In this document: in pieces, positions 1 to 10,751 of the stretch | Position numbering within the stretch: the stretch's first letter is position 1 | Layout of the letters: each line of letters opens with the position of its first letter | NCBI GenBank assembly: GCA_963707025.1 | Contig: CAVPOM010000014.1 | Span: 261,424-325,423 of the forward strand | Origin: an uncultured Verrucomicrobiae bacterium | GTDB lineage: Bacteria; Verrucomicrobiota; Verrucomicrobiia; Limisphaerales; Palsa-1400 | Length of the DNA stretch: 64,000 nt | Direction: 5' to 3' | Notes under the pieces: generated by a model | What the model saw: the letters and a program-made list of their open reading frames with translations, nothing else | Told to the model about the DNA's origin: nothing | The model's database searches: none | Position numbers and translations under genes: made by a program

Positions 1-52
1 GCGGCCTTGTTCGACTCTTGCCGCCTGCGGCGGGACGTGCTAAATTGCCGGC

Positions 53-241
53 ATGAGCACTCTGGCTGAGATCGAAACCGCGGTGGGTGCGCTGCCACCG
101 CCGCAACAAGAAGAATTGTTGCGGCATTTGGCGGAGCGCCTGAGAACAGGAGGAGAACCCAAACGCCGCCTGCCGCTTGTGCCCGCCACAGGACACCCCA
201 TCACCCAAGAGGAAATTGACGATGCGCTCGATGCCGACTGA
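53..241 (+). CDS. small hypothetical protein, antitoxin-like
   Basis: 62-aa ORF (STLAEIETAV..L...QQEELL; acidic tail ITQEEIDDALDAD) next to a TA pair; no partner toxin seen downstream. Confidence 0.5.
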   Translation: MSTLAEIETAVGALPPPQQEELLRHLAERLRTGGEPKRRLPLVPATGHPITQEEIDDALDAD

Positions 242-288
242 GGGCGTGGAGGTCATTTTCGCCTCCGGTCATGCCGGGCGTGGCCGTC

Positions 289-703
289 CTAAGGATGACG
301 TGTCCGCCACAGAGCAACAAATTCGGCAGGGTTTACCACACGCATCCCTCGACATTTGGCCGGCGGATAATCGGCGATATTGCCCGTGACAAGATAGTCG
401 GCAGAAGCCGCCAGCGCGACGTCAAGAAATGGCTCGTCATCTCGATCTGGCAAATTCAGCGTTGTATTGGAGGGGGCAACCGACAAACCATCCACCTCAA
501 ATTTGATCAGCACTTCCCGAACGCGAATCGGGTCAAATTTGAAACGAGGCCGGGCCAGAACCTCCGAGGTACTCGGCAAGGATGCGCTTGTCATGGCAGG
601 TTTGGATGGCTCCTGTCAACGCAAGGGTCAGAATCGCGGCGGGATTTCCCTTGCTGTTCAATAAACCCGACACGACAACGTTGGTGTCGAGCACAACTTT
701 CAC
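289..703 (-). pseudogene. PIN-domain (VapC-like) toxin with one frameshift near 566 (possible sequencing error)
   Basis: GTG at 703 reads MKVVLDTNVVVSGLL...ILAEY; a different frame continues EVLARPRF...DRDDEPFLDVALAASADYLVTGN; start overlaps antitoxin stop (GTGA). Confidence 0.8.
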
Positions 704-991
704 TTCCGAAGATGAGTTTGACGGGTGGCCTTGATTTCGGCGTCAATATCGTCCATGGACAAACCGGAAGTGCCATTGGCCTCGGCGGTCTGTTGCAGGG
801 CAACCTGCGCTTGCACCGCGCGCACGCCGCGAAGCGCGGCAAGGGTGGGTTCCAAGCTCTTCGCATCAACGGGCAATAAAACCGCCACAGGCTTGCCTTG
901 AGCGGTGACAACCAAATCCTCTTTGTCCACTGACTTGAGCCACTGGTCGGCCGATTGCTTCTTCAGGTCGTTAATGCTTATAGTACCTCAC
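700..991 (-). CDS. Phd/YefM-family antitoxin (probable start 991, 1-nt insertion near 985)
   Basis: TISINDLKKQSA...EDLVVTAQGKPVAVLLP Phd-like pattern; directly upstream of the PIN gene. Confidence 0.75.
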
Positions 992-1211
992 GATTTATAA
1001 TCTACCGCATCTGTTCCTGGTTGGAAAGTCCCAATCACCCGGCAACCCAAATCTATTAAAGGTGTGCTCGCGGACTGACCCAAAAGGCAACCTGGTTTTG
1101 GATGAAGTTTTTCGCCGGCGAGACGCCGACGGAGGCGGTCGGGACGACCGCTCCCGAAGAAGCCGCCAAGGATTGGGATGGGCTGCCCTCAATCAGCAAT
1201 CCGCAATTGTA

Positions 1212-2084
1212 TCAGCTCATGGCCATGGCGGCGCTGGCGATTTCGAGGAGTTCCTTGGTGATGTTGGCCTGACGCAACTTGTTGTACTCCAGGGTGAGGT
1301 CCTTGATGAATTGCAGGGCGTTGTCGGTGGCGTTTTTCATGGCGACCATGCGGGCGCTGTGTTCGCTGGCCTTGGCTTCGAGGAGGATTTGGTAGATCTG
1401 AAAATTCAGGCTGTGCGGGAGCAGGGCGGCCAGCACATGCTCCTGGCTCGGCTCGAAGAGGAACTCGCCGGTCTGCCCGGGGAGCGAGCCGGCCTTGTCC
1501 GCGCCCATGCCGGCTTGGACGGGGGCGACTTCACTGATGGGGAGAAGCTGGCGCACTTCGGGCTTTTGCACCAGGGTGGAGACGAAGTTGGTGAAGACGA
1601 TGTCAACGCGGTCCACTTCGCCCTTGAGGAAGAGGTCGCCGGCGAATTTGGAAATGGCGCGGGCTTCGGCGAAAAGGGGAGCGTCCTTGAAGGTGAATTC
1701 GGCGACCATCTGGCGCTTGGTGCGGGCCAGGAACTGGGAGCCTTTGCGGCCGGCGGCGATGAAAACGGCGCCGTTGTCGAACTTGGCCGCCTCGCGCATG
1801 AGGTTGCTGTTGAGGCCGCCGCACAGGCCCTTGTCGGTGCTGACGAGGATGACGCCACGGCGCGCGCCCTCGCGTGGTTCCATGAAGGGATGGGTGACTT
1901 CCCTGGTCTCGGAGGCGACTTCGGCCAGGACCTTGTTCATGAGGCGGGCATAGGGGCGGCCGGCCAGGGCGGCTTGCTGGGCTTTGCGCATCTTGGACGC
2001 CGCCACCATTTGCATGGCCTTGGTGATTTGGGCGGTGTTCTTGACCGACTTGATGCGCCGGCGGATGTCGCGCGTGCTGGGCAT
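1212..2084 (-). CDS. atpG: F1 ATP synthase gamma subunit
   Basis: IRRRIKSVKNTAQITKAMQMVAASK, DKGLCG, SEHSARMVAMKNATDNA, YNKLRQANITKEL. Confidence 0.98.
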   Translation of the reverse strand: MPSTRDIRRRIKSVKNTAQITKAMQMVAASKMRKAQQAALAGRPYARLMNKVLAEVASETREVTHPFMEPREGARRGVILVSTDKGLCGGLNSNLMREAAKFDNGAVFIAAGRKGSQFLARTKRQMVAEFTFKDAPLFAEARAISKFAGDLFLKGEVDRVDIVFTNFVSTLVQKPEVRQLLPISEVAPVQAGMGADKAGSLPGQTGEFLFEPSQEHVLAALLPHSLNFQIYQILLEAKASEHSARMVAMKNATDNALQFIKDLTLEYNKLRQANITKELLEIASAAMAMS

Positions 2085-2090
2085 GGGCTG

Positions 2091-3625
2091 CTAACGGTAA
2101 GTCTGTTTGAATTCGGTGACGGCGGCCTTGAGATCGGCGATGAGGGGATCGCTCAAGGCTTTTTCACGGCGGATTTTTTCCATCAAGGCCGGCTTGCGGC
2201 CGACGAGAAAATCGGTGAGCTTGGCCTGGAAATCCTTGATCTTGTCCACGGCCACGTCGTCCATGAGGGCGTTTTGCACGGTCCACAAAGTGGCGGCCTG
2301 GACTTCGACGGCAATGGGGTTGTATTGCTGTTGTTTGAAGACTTCGACGATGCGCTTGCCGCGTTCCAGTTGGGCCTGGGTCTTGGCGTCGAGGTCGGAG
2401 CCGAACTGGGCGAAGGCGGCCAGTTCGCGGAATTGGGCCAGGTCGAGCTTGATGCGGCCGGCGACTTGTTTCATGGCCTTGACCTGGGCGGCGGAACCGA
2501 CGCGGGAAACGGAGAGGCCGACGGAAATGGCGGGGCGGATGCCTTGATAGAACAGATCGGTTTCCAAATAAATCTGGCCGTCGGTGATGGAGATGACGTT
2601 GGTCGGGATGTAGGCGGAAACGTCGCCGGCCTGGGTTTCGATGATGGGCAGTGCGGTGAGGGAACCGTTGCCGTATTTCTCGCCGACGCGGGCGGAGCGT
2701 TCGAGCAGACGGCTGTGGAGATAGAACACGTCGCCGGGATAGGCTTCGCGGCCGGAGGGGCGCTTGAGGACGAGGGAAACCTGGCGGTAGGCGACGGCGT
2801 GCTTGGAGAGGTCGTCGTAAATAATGAGTGCGTCCATGCCGTTGTCCATGAACCATTCGCCCATGGCCGCGCCGGCAAAGGGGGCCAGGTATTGGTTGGT
2901 GGCCGAATCGGAGGCGCAGGCGCTGACAATGATGGTGTAAGGCATGGCGCCGGCTTCTTCCAGGACGGCGATGACGCGGGCGACGTTGGATTGTTTCTGG
3001 CCGACGGCGACGTAGATGCAATAAAGCGGGCGGTAGGCGGCGTCGCCCGCCGCCAGGGCGGCTTTGTTCAAGCGGGCCTGGCTGATGATGGTGTCAATGC
3101 CAATGGTGGTCTTGCCCGTGGAGCGGTCGCCGATGATCAATTCCCGCTGGCCCCGCCCGATGGGAATCATGGCGTCAATGGCCATGATGCCGGTTTGCAC
3201 CGGCTGGCTGACCGGCTGGCGGCTGATGATGCCGGGGGCGATTTTTTCCACCGGATAATTGGTCTGGGCCGCGATGGGGCCTTTGCCGTCGATGCGGCTG
3301 GCCCAGGGAATCCACCACCCGGCCGAGCAAGGCCTTGCCCACCGGCACCTGGAGGAGCTTGCCGGTGGTGCGGACCTCCTGGCCTTCCTTGATGGCGGTG
3401 TAGTCGCCCAGGATGATGGCGCCGACTTCCGTTTCTTCCAGGTTCAAGGCCAGGCCGACGATGCCGTTGCCGAAGTCGAGCATTTCATTGAGCATGGCAT
3501 CGGAGAGGCCCTCGACCTTGGCCACGCCGTCGCCGATTTCGCGCACGGCGCCGACGTTTTGTTTGGCTGACGCCGGTTTTGAGGCCGGAGATTTGGGCTT
3601 CGATTTCTTGCAACAAGGTACTCAT
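2091..3625 (-). CDS. atpA: F1 ATP synthase alpha subunit, two apparent +1 insertions (~3565, ~3294)
   Basis: ATG 3625 [11 protein letters not shown]; fragments [14 protein letters not shown] and [39 protein letters not shown] lie in three frames. Confidence 0.95.
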
Positions 3626-3634
3626 AAAAATTGA

Positions 3635-4027
3635 CTAGGAACTTTCCCGCAACGCGGCCAGCCGCGCCCGGACGCTGCCGTCATAGACATCGCCGCCGAC
3701 TTGAATGCGGACGCCGCCGAGCAGGGCGGGATTGCCGGCAAAAACAAAACTCAACCCGGGGCCATAGGCCCGCGCCAAATCGGCGCGCACCAGCGCCTGC
3801 CAGGGCGCCGGCAAGTCGGCCGCGCTTTCGATTTTGGCCGTGTGCCGCGTCACGTCCAGTTTCACCAGGCGCTGGAACTGGGAGAGCACGGCCAGGTAAC
3901 CGCGGGGTTTGCGGGCCGCGAGCAACCCGACGGCCTGGCGCACCCGGTTATCATCGAGCAATCCGCCGGCCTGGCAGCTTTGGAACAACTGCCGGGCTTC
4001 ATGGCGGGCTTGTTTGGAAATTTTCAT
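3635..4027 (-). CDS. atpH: ATP synthase delta subunit
   Basis: C-terminal NPALLGGVRIQVGGDVYDGSVRARL; position between atpF and atpA. Confidence 0.92.
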   Translation of the reverse strand: MKISKQARHEARQLFQSCQAGGLLDDNRVRQAVGLLAARKPRGYLAVLSQFQRLVKLDVTRHTAKIESAADLPAPWQALVRADLARAYGPGLSFVFAGNPALLGGVRIQVGGDVYDGSVRARLAALRESS

Positions 4028-4043
4028 GTGGCCCTGTCAAACC

Positions 4044-4595
4044 TCAGGCGGCCAACTGGCGCCGGGTTTCCTCCGCCAGCCGTTGTTGATCGTCGGCGGT
4101 GAGGACTTTGCCCGTGACGGCGGCGGTGGTGCGCACGACCAGGGTGAGGACTTCCTGCTTCAACTCGGCCAGCATGCGGCCGTGTTCCATGGCGGTGGCT
4201 TGGCGGGCCTTGGCAATGATTTGCTCGGCCTGGGCGACGGCCTTTTGCGTTTCCTGTTCGTGGACGCGGGCGGCGGCGGCGCGGGCTTCTTCGATCATTT
4301 TGGTCGCCTGGACATTGGCCTTGTCCAGCACCTCGCTGCGCAGGGCCTGGGTGCGGGCCAGTTCCTGCTTGATTTTTTCGGCGTTGTCCAAGCCTTCGGC
4401 AATGAGCTGGCGCCGCTCGGCCAGGACTTTGAGAATGGGTTTGTAGGCGAACCTGGCCAGGAGAAAAGCGACAATGGAGAAGCTGATGACTTGGGCAAAG
4501 AAATGCGGCAAATCCCAGGCAAACTTTTCCGCGGTCTGTCTGCCGGTCTGGGCCAGATCGCTGCCGATGCCGGCAATTAAAATCAAATGATTCAT
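4044..4595 (-). CDS. atpF: ATP synthase b subunit
   Basis: single TM, then FAYKPILKVLAERRQLIAEGL and coiled coil. Confidence 0.95.
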   Translation of the reverse strand: MNHLILIAGIGSDLAQTGRQTAEKFAWDLPHFFAQVISFSIVAFLLARFAYKPILKVLAERRQLIAEGLDNAEKIKQELARTQALRSEVLDKANVQATKMIEEARAAAARVHEQETQKAVAQAEQIIAKARQATAMEHGRMLAELKQEVLTLVVRTTAAVTGKVLTADDQQRLAEETRRQLAA

Positions 4596-4652
4596 AAAAG
4601 GACTGAAAAAAGGCGGGCGCGCCAGCGGCCAGGCGGCGCGCCTGCCCCAGGG

Positions 4653-4862
4653 TTACTTCATGAGGATGGCGTAGAAGACGATGGCCTCGGCCAAAGCCAT
4701 GCCCAGAATGGCGATGGCAATGATCTTGCCGAACGCGCCGGGATTGCGCCCGACTGCTTCCGAGGCTTTCATGCCAACCAATCCTACTCCAATGGCCGAA
4801 CCCAAGCCGGCCAGGCCGACTTGAATGCTGCCATTCACTTCCGCCAACAGAGGCGTTACCAT
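4653..4862 (-). CDS. atpE: ATP synthase c subunit
   Basis: 69 aa, GLGSAIGVG, GRNP loop, LAEA conserved Glu. Confidence 0.95.
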   Translation of the reverse strand: MVTPLLAEVNGSIQVGLAGLGSAIGVGLVGMKASEAVGRNPGAFGKIIAIAILGMALAEAIVFYAILMK

Positions 4863-4939
4863 AATCTTGCCTTTCTTTACTTTGTTTTCTCCGGCGTCTC
4901 CCGCGATTGAACACGGTCAAGACGTCGAAATTGTTAATC

Positions 4940-5878
4940 TCAGTGATGCGCCTTTTCGTGCTCCTCCTCGTGCGTGCAAATCACCCCGGTGAAAACGGCG
5001 GTCAACAGCATGAAGACCAGGGCCTGCACCACACCCACCAGCAGTTCCATGAAATAAAAAGGCACCGGGAGCAACGCGCTGAAGACCGCCCTGGCCCAGG
5101 CGGGATGCTGCACCGTGCGCGACATGGCATCCAGCAGGCTTTCGCCGGCGAAAATGTTCCCGTAGAGACGCAGGCTCAAGGAAATCGGGCGGAAGGCGAT
5201 GGAAAGCAATTCGATAAAACCCACCAGGAAGAACACGACCACCATCAAGTATTTGAGAATGCCGGAAAGGTCCCCCTTGGGGCCGAAGATATGCTTGATA
5301 AACCCCCAAAGACCGTTGGCTTGCAAGGCCCAAACGAGCCAAAGCACCATGAATATCAGGGCCATGGCGGAGGTCATGTTCAAGTCGGCGTTCCCGCCGC
5401 GCAGCCACGGGTGGGTCACTTCCACGCCCTCCGGCGCAGACACGCCCCACCCAATCGTTCCCACGCCTGGAATCAGCCCAAACCAGTTGGTGAAAAAAAT
5501 GAAGATAAAAATCGTGGCAAAAAACCAAAATGTCTTCTTCACCAGGTCGGGACCGATCACGCCTTCGAGAAAGCCATAAAGGCTTTCCACTATCCATTCC
5601 CAGAAGTTCTGCGCGCCCTCGGGGACCCGTTTCATGTGGCGCGTGGCCAACCGGGCGAAGAGGATCACCCCCAGCGCCACAATCCACGTCACCAGCATGG
5701 AATTGGTCACCGGAAAGGCGCCGATGTGAAAAATCTTGCTCGCGCCCGAGGGCAATCCTTCCGGCCTGGCCTCCTGCGCGGCGGCGGCGGAGTCCCCGGC
5801 GCCGGGCGCCCCCTGTTCCGCGGCCCGCCCCGGCAGCGGCAGCAACAACAACATGACTGCAAATAAGACTGATCTCAT
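4940..5878 (-). CDS. atpB: ATP synthase a subunit with N-terminal signal-like extension
   Basis: FRPISLSLRLYGNIFAGE, ELLVGVVQALVF. Confidence 0.96.
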   Translation of the reverse strand: MRSVLFAVMLLLLPLPGRAAEQGAPGAGDSAAAAQEARPEGLPSGASKIFHIGAFPVTNSMLVTWIVALGVILFARLATRHMKRVPEGAQNFWEWIVESLYGFLEGVIGPDLVKKTFWFFATIFIFIFFTNWFGLIPGVGTIGWGVSAPEGVEVTHPWLRGGNADLNMTSAMALIFMVLWLVWALQANGLWGFIKHIFGPKGDLSGILKYLMVVVFFLVGFIELLSIAFRPISLSLRLYGNIFAGESLLDAMSRTVQHPAWARAVFSALLPVPFYFMELLVGVVQALVFMLLTAVFTGVICTHEEEHEKAHH

Positions 5879-6161
5879 TGAGAAAGAGTTCAGGAAAGTG
5901 CCTCATCGTGAAATTTTTCACAAGCGTTTTTTTAGCCTTTCCCGCACCCTGGTCGCATGCCGGCTTCGTCGAGCCTTCCTGCTGGCTCAACGGGGTCTGG
6001 GACCGATAATCAAAACCCGGAATCACCAATAACACATTCTCAATCGAAAACTCTCGATTTCCGCCCTGGAGCACTGCTTCGCGGGTTCTCAGAATTGAAA
6101 ATTGGTGATTGAGAATTGGCCATCGGTAATCTCGACAAAGGTGAGATGCGCCCCCGGACCG

Positions 6162-8840
6162 CTATGGCGGGGCCGGTCCCTGGGTGACTTCCACCAACTC
6201 ATCCGGCCGCAGCCATTTGGCGAAGGCGGCCCGGACATCCCTGGCCGTGAGTTTGACGTAACGCTGCGCCGCCAGCGTCGGCTCGTCCAGCGGCAGGTCC
6301 AGAATCGAGCGCGCAAGCCAGCCGGCGGCGACGCGGTCCACGCTGGATTCGGAAAGGGGAATGTCGCGCAGGAGCAGCACCTGGGCCTGGCGCAGCTCAT
6401 GGGCCGTCACATTCTTGGCGCTGATCTGCTTGAGGTTGCTCACGATCATGGCCCGGGCCTTGGCCACGTTGGGCGGATCGCAGGCATACTCCACCTGATA
6501 AACACTGCGCGTCAAACCGATGTTCAAAGAGGAGGAAACAAAATAGACCAGGCCGCTGTTCGCGCGCAGGTCGCGATACAACCGGGTGGCGTAAAACGCG
6601 CCGCCCAGCACATGATTGCCCAGCTCCAGGGCGTAGTAATCCGCATTGGTGCGGGTCACGCCCAGGGTTTGGGCCAGAGTGGTTTTATCCTGCACACGGC
6701 TGGCGTCGGGGACATCGGTGGTGGCGGTGGCATTGGTTGGGGCCGGCGGGAACAGGGTCCCGGGTTTGGGGCCGACCGCCCGCCAACCGCCAAAGTATTT
6801 GGAGATGACAGCCTGGGCCTGTTCCGGCGTGACGCTGCCGATGACGACCAGGGTGGTCAGATCGGGCCGGAAAACTTTTTGGTGATAATCCCGCACGTCC
6901 TGGATGGTGAGCGACTTGATCGTCTCGGGCGTGGTTTCGCGCTGCGCCGGATCGGTCTTGGGATACAAGGCCGCCCGCAGGGCGCGCCCCGCCAGGTAGT
7001 CGGGACTTTGCATTTCGCCGGCAACGGAGGCGGCCAGTTGGGGCTGAAGGATCTTGAAATCCTCCTCCGGCAGCGCCGGAGAAATCTCATTTTCGGCCAG
7101 CAACCGCACCCCGCGCTCGAATTGGCCGGCCAGCACCTGCAAGGAAAAATCGTCGCCGGGCGATTCGATGGCGCCGATGTCGTCCAGGGCCTTCTGGAAG
7201 GCCAGGCGATCCAGCGTGGCGGTGCCGTAGGAGAAAAGCTGCCCCAGGGCCTGGTCCACCCCGTCCTTGCCCTCCGGCGCCTCCATTTTCGCATTAGTCT
7301 TGACACGGCCATAAACACTGACGGTGTCGCTGATCGTCTCGGTTTGCACGATCAGCCTGAGGCCGTTGGGCAGGGTCGTCACCACCGGATGCAAGGTGGA
7401 GGCGGGAATGGCGAGCCGTTGCGTCGCGTTCCGCGCCCACGACGGCAGGCTGGCCCCGCTCGCCTTGGAGGACCCGAAGGATTCCTTGCCGCCGAAGCCC
7501 TTGGAGGAAACCGGCTTGCCGGAAGGCTGCGGCGTCAAAATCGCGGTGATGGCCTGATCGAAATTAAGGCAGGTCCCGGCCAGGCGATTGACCTCCGCGA
7601 CGGTGACCCGCCGCAGGGCTTCGATGTCGTCGTCCGGCGATTGCCGCCCTTCGCCCGCCACCGCCTGGGACCAGGTCATGGCCAGCCCCGAAACGGAATT
7701 CTTTTGAAATTCCGCCGTGGCGATTTCCCGGCGTTTGGCCGCCTCGACCAGCTCCGCCATCACGCCGTTGGTGATTTCCGCCGCGAGAATGCCGCGCACT
7801 TGTTGCGCCAGCAGCGCGGAATCGGCTCCCGCCGGAAAGGCGGCGACGGCGTAGCCCAGGCCGGCCTGCTGCATCCCCTCGTAGGAAAACCCGGCGTACA
7901 ACGCCTTGCCTTCCGGCACCAAGCCGTAGAGCTTGCCGCGCTGGCTGCTCAACACGTCGGACAGAATTTGCGCCGCCGCGTATTCCGGGCTGTCCGAGCC
8001 GGGCAAACGGAAGCTCAGCACGACCAGTCCGTAGGGCAGATCGGTATCCAGTTTCTCTGTTGCCGCCGCCACCGGTTGAAAGGAAAACTCCGGCCGCGGC
8101 GGAAGTTTGGACGGGGCAATGCCGCCAAAGAACTTTTTCACCTGCGCCAGCGCCTGGGCCGGCTGCACATCGCCGGCGATGACGAGAATGGCGTTGTTGG
8201 GCGCATACCAGGTTTGGTGAAACTGTTTCAGCATGGCCCCGGTGGTTTTATCAAAAGACGGCCGCGTGCCCAGGGCGTCGTGCTCGTAGGGCGTTCCCTT
8301 GAACATGGCCTGCAGGAGTTTCACTTCGAAAACATAGACCGGGTTCGACAAATCCTGCGCCACTTCCTGTTCAATCGCGCCCCGCTCCTTCTCCCACAAG
8401 GCCTCCGTGCTCAACAGGTCCCGCATCCGAATCGCCTCGATGCGCAGCGCCACGTCCAAATCCTCCGCCGGCGCGGTGAAAAAATACTGGGTGATGGCCT
8501 GCTGCGTGTCGGCGTCGAACTCCCCGCCCAAACCCGCCGTCACGTCGGCCAGTTGATCGGCCGACAAACCCGGACTGCCGCGAAACATCATGTGTTCGGC
8601 CGCATGCGCCATGCCGGGAAAATCGGCCGGGCATTCATCCGAGCCGACTTTATAGTTGATGACCGTCGTGACCACCGGCGCGAGCGGGTTCTGCACGATG
8701 ATGACGCTCAGTCCGTTGGAGAGCGTGGAGCGCACCACGTTCTTTTCCGCCGCCATTCCGGCGGCCCCGCCGCGCAGGTCGGCCCCCCACGTCAGCGCGG
8801 CCAGGCAGATAACAATTCTCAACTGGAAACGATTTTTCAT
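6162..8840 (-). CDS. M16 family zinc peptidase (insulinase-like), secreted
   Basis: GMAHAAEHMMFRGS (HxxEH), WYAPNNAILVIAGD, duplicated halves; start taken at MKNRFQ signal peptide. Confidence 0.92.
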   Translation of the reverse strand: MKNRFQLRIVICLAALTWGADLRGGAAGMAAEKNVVRSTLSNGLSVIIVQNPLAPVVTTVINYKVGSDECPADFPGMAHAAEHMMFRGSPGLSADQLADVTAGLGGEFDADTQQAITQYFFTAPAEDLDVALRIEAIRMRDLLSTEALWEKERGAIEQEVAQDLSNPVYVFEVKLLQAMFKGTPYEHDALGTRPSFDKTTGAMLKQFHQTWYAPNNAILVIAGDVQPAQALAQVKKFFGGIAPSKLPPRPEFSFQPVAAATEKLDTDLPYGLVVLSFRLPGSDSPEYAAAQILSDVLSSQRGKLYGLVPEGKALYAGFSYEGMQQAGLGYAVAAFPAGADSALLAQQVRGILAAEITNGVMAELVEAAKRREIATAEFQKNSVSGLAMTWSQAVAGEGRQSPDDDIEALRRVTVAEVNRLAGTCLNFDQAITAILTPQPSGKPVSSKGFGGKESFGSSKASGASLPSWARNATQRLAIPASTLHPVVTTLPNGLRLIVQTETISDTVSVYGRVKTNAKMEAPEGKDGVDQALGQLFSYGTATLDRLAFQKALDDIGAIESPGDDFSLQVLAGQFERGVRLLAENEISPALPEEDFKILQPQLAASVAGEMQSPDYLAGRALRAALYPKTDPAQRETTPETIKSLTIQDVRDYHQKVFRPDLTTLVVIGSVTPEQAQAVISKYFGGWRAVGPKPGTLFPPAPTNATATTDVPDASRVQDKTTLAQTLGVTRTNADYYALELGNHVLGGAFYATRLYRDLRANSGLVYFVSSSLNIGLTRSVYQVEYACDPPNVAKARAMIVSNLKQISAKNVTAHELRQAQVLLLRDIPLSESSVDRVAAGWLARSILDLPLDEPTLAAQRYVKLTARDVRAAFAKWLRPDELVEVTQGPAPP

Positions 8841-8922
8841 GGGCGCAAACCTAACCCCATCGCGCGGCTTCGACAAGAACGCGTTGCCTTGTCGAGGCAG
8901 CAAGGCGGTTAACGGCAGCTTG

Positions 8923-8951
8923 TTTGGAGTGCGGGAGCTTGCTCCCGCTTT
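8923..8951. repeat. REP-like palindrome (TTGGAGTGCGGGAGCTTGCTCCCGCTTT family)
   Basis: related copies at ~9858-9887 (inverted), ~27388-27416 and ~27562-27591 (inverted pair between cysD and cysNC). Confidence 0.75.
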
Positions 8952-9184
8952 TCGCAAACTGCGGCTGCCGAAACGGCTCTTTCCGCACCCGTTCCCTCCC
9001 GGCATGTAGCGTTGCGCCTGTGGCGCAAGGCCCGATGCTTCCCGCTTGCGGGGAGCGCGCGTCCCGATTCCGAAGCCCCTCCGCCTGGCCGCCGTCTTTT
9101 GCCCGCGCGGATGGAGCCGGCGGAAATTTCGGCTGGACAGATGCGCCAAATGGGTGTCTTTTGAGCGCAACGTTATTTACAGCC

Positions 9185-9733
9185 ATGATTGTCCAATTCA
9201 CCGGCCTTGCCACACTGGCTCTGCTTACGCAGACCACCACCATTTTTTTCGCCGACTCCTGGAAGGAAAAGTTGCAGAAGGCGCTGCCCTTGATCGGTCA
9301 TCGCAACTGGATCGTGGTCGCCGACTCGGCTTACCCGCTGCAGACGGCGCAGGGCATCGAGACCATTCGCGCCAATGCCGATCCGTTGACGGTGGTGCGG
9401 GAGGTTTTGGCCGAACTGGCCAAATCCAAGCACGTCCAGCCGGCGATCTTCACCGATGCGGAGTTGAAATTCGTGGCGGAGAAAAATGCGCCCGGCATCA
9501 GCGCCTATCGTGACGCGCTGGGCGCGATGCTGGCGGACAAAAGCGCCCAAGTCCTGCCGCACGAGCAGATCATCGCCAAGCTGGACGAGGCGGGAAAAAC
9601 CTTCAAAGTGCTGCTGATCAAAACTCCGCTGGCCCTGCCCTACACCTCCGTTTTCTTCCAGCTTGACTGCGGCTATTGGAACGCCGCCGCGGAGAAGGAA
9701 TTGCGCGGCGTCATGCGCGCGGCCGGGCAATAG
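9185..9733 (+). CDS. RbsD/FucU-like protein
   Basis: LIGHRNWIVVADSAYP and IKTPLALPYTSVFF resemble the RbsD/FucU fold; hydrophobic N-terminus. Confidence 0.7.
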   Translation: MIVQFTGLATLALLTQTTTIFFADSWKEKLQKALPLIGHRNWIVVADSAYPLQTAQGIETIRANADPLTVVREVLAELAKSKHVQPAIFTDAELKFVAEKNAPGISAYRDALGAMLADKSAQVLPHEQIIAKLDEAGKTFKVLLIKTPLALPYTSVFFQLDCGYWNAAAEKELRGVMRAAGQ

Positions 9734-10064
9734 GTGGTGCCGCCTGCCCTGTAGCGGCGGTCTATGACCGCCGCCAAAACGCTTCTTGTCGCCCCCGTCG
9801 CGGTCCTGCGTGTAGCCGTGAGCTTGTGGCGCAAGGCCCGATACGTCCTGCTTTTCCCAAAGCGGCGGCAAGCCGCCGCACTCCAAAGGAACCGAGAAAG
9901 ACCTTGTTTCCGCCGCCGCCATTTGGCTTACTGCGTGGTCAGGTTGCTCAAGATTATGAGGTTACGCATGCTCCGCACGCATTTCCGCTGTCAAGAAGGC
10001 CGCGCCAGGGCCGTGGCGGAGGCGGGGCCATTGTTCATTTTGCATTTTGCATTTTTCAATTGCC

Positions 10065-10751
10065 ATGACGCTGCTGGAAATCACGCGACTTAAGAAATCG
10101 TTCCTCACCCCCGATGGGGAGACCCACACCGTGGTGGACGTGGCCTCGTTTTGCATGGCGGACCAGGCGCACGTGGCGCTGAGCGGGGAAAGCGGTTCGG
10201 GCAAGACCACCCTGCTCAATCTCATCGCGGGAATTCTCAAGCCCGATTCGGGCTCGATCGTGCTGGCCGGGCGCGAGATGTCGGCCCTGGGCGAACCGGC
10301 GCGCGACCGGCTGCGGGCCACGACGATCGGTTACATTTTTCAAACCTTCAATCTGTTGCAAGGCTATACCTGCCTGGAAAATGTTCTTTTGGGGATGTCC
10401 TTTGGGCCGGGTGTGGACCGGGAGTTCGCCCGGTCGCTGCTGTCGCGGGTGGGGTTGGACAAGCGGCTGAAACATTATCCCCGCCAGCTTTCCACCGGGC
10501 AACAGCAGAGGGTGGCGGTGGCCCGCGCCCTGGCCAACCGGCCAAGGCTGGTGCTGGCCGACGAGCCGACCGGCAATCTGGACCACAAGACGGCGACCGA
10601 ATCCCTCGCCCTCATCCGCGAAGCCTGCCGGGAAAACGGGGCCGCCCTGCTCCTGGTCAGCCACGATCGCGAGGTGCTCGGCCAGTTCGAAACCGTCCAG
10701 CCCCTGCACCTGATCGACCAGGCCGCCGCCCAACCGGAGGGAATGAAATGA
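10065..10751 (+). CDS. ABC transporter ATP-binding protein (LolD/MacB-like)
   Basis: GESGSGKT, LSTGQQQRVAVARAL, LADEPTGNLD, VSHD. Confidence 0.93.
   Translation: MTLLEITRLKKSFLTPDGETHTVVDVASFCMADQAHVALSGESGSGKTTLLNLIAGILKPDSGSIVLAGREMSALGEPARDRLRATTIGYIFQTFNLLQGYTCLENVLLGMSFGPGVDREFARSLLSRVGLDKRLKHYPRQLSTGQQQRVAVARALANRPRLVLADEPTGNLDHKTATESLALIREACRENGAALLLVSHDREVLGQFETVQPLHLIDQAAAQPEGMK

Noticed and set aside
1062..3392. 776-aa + strand ORF (likewise 6102-8912, 15336-16724, 23545-25179, 27550-29640, 35784-37712)
   Set aside because: Antisense shadows of well-supported genes in high-GC DNA; no motifs
2091..3625. genuinely split or pseudogenised atpA
   Set aside because: Sequence otherwise conserved and indels cluster locally; error more likely
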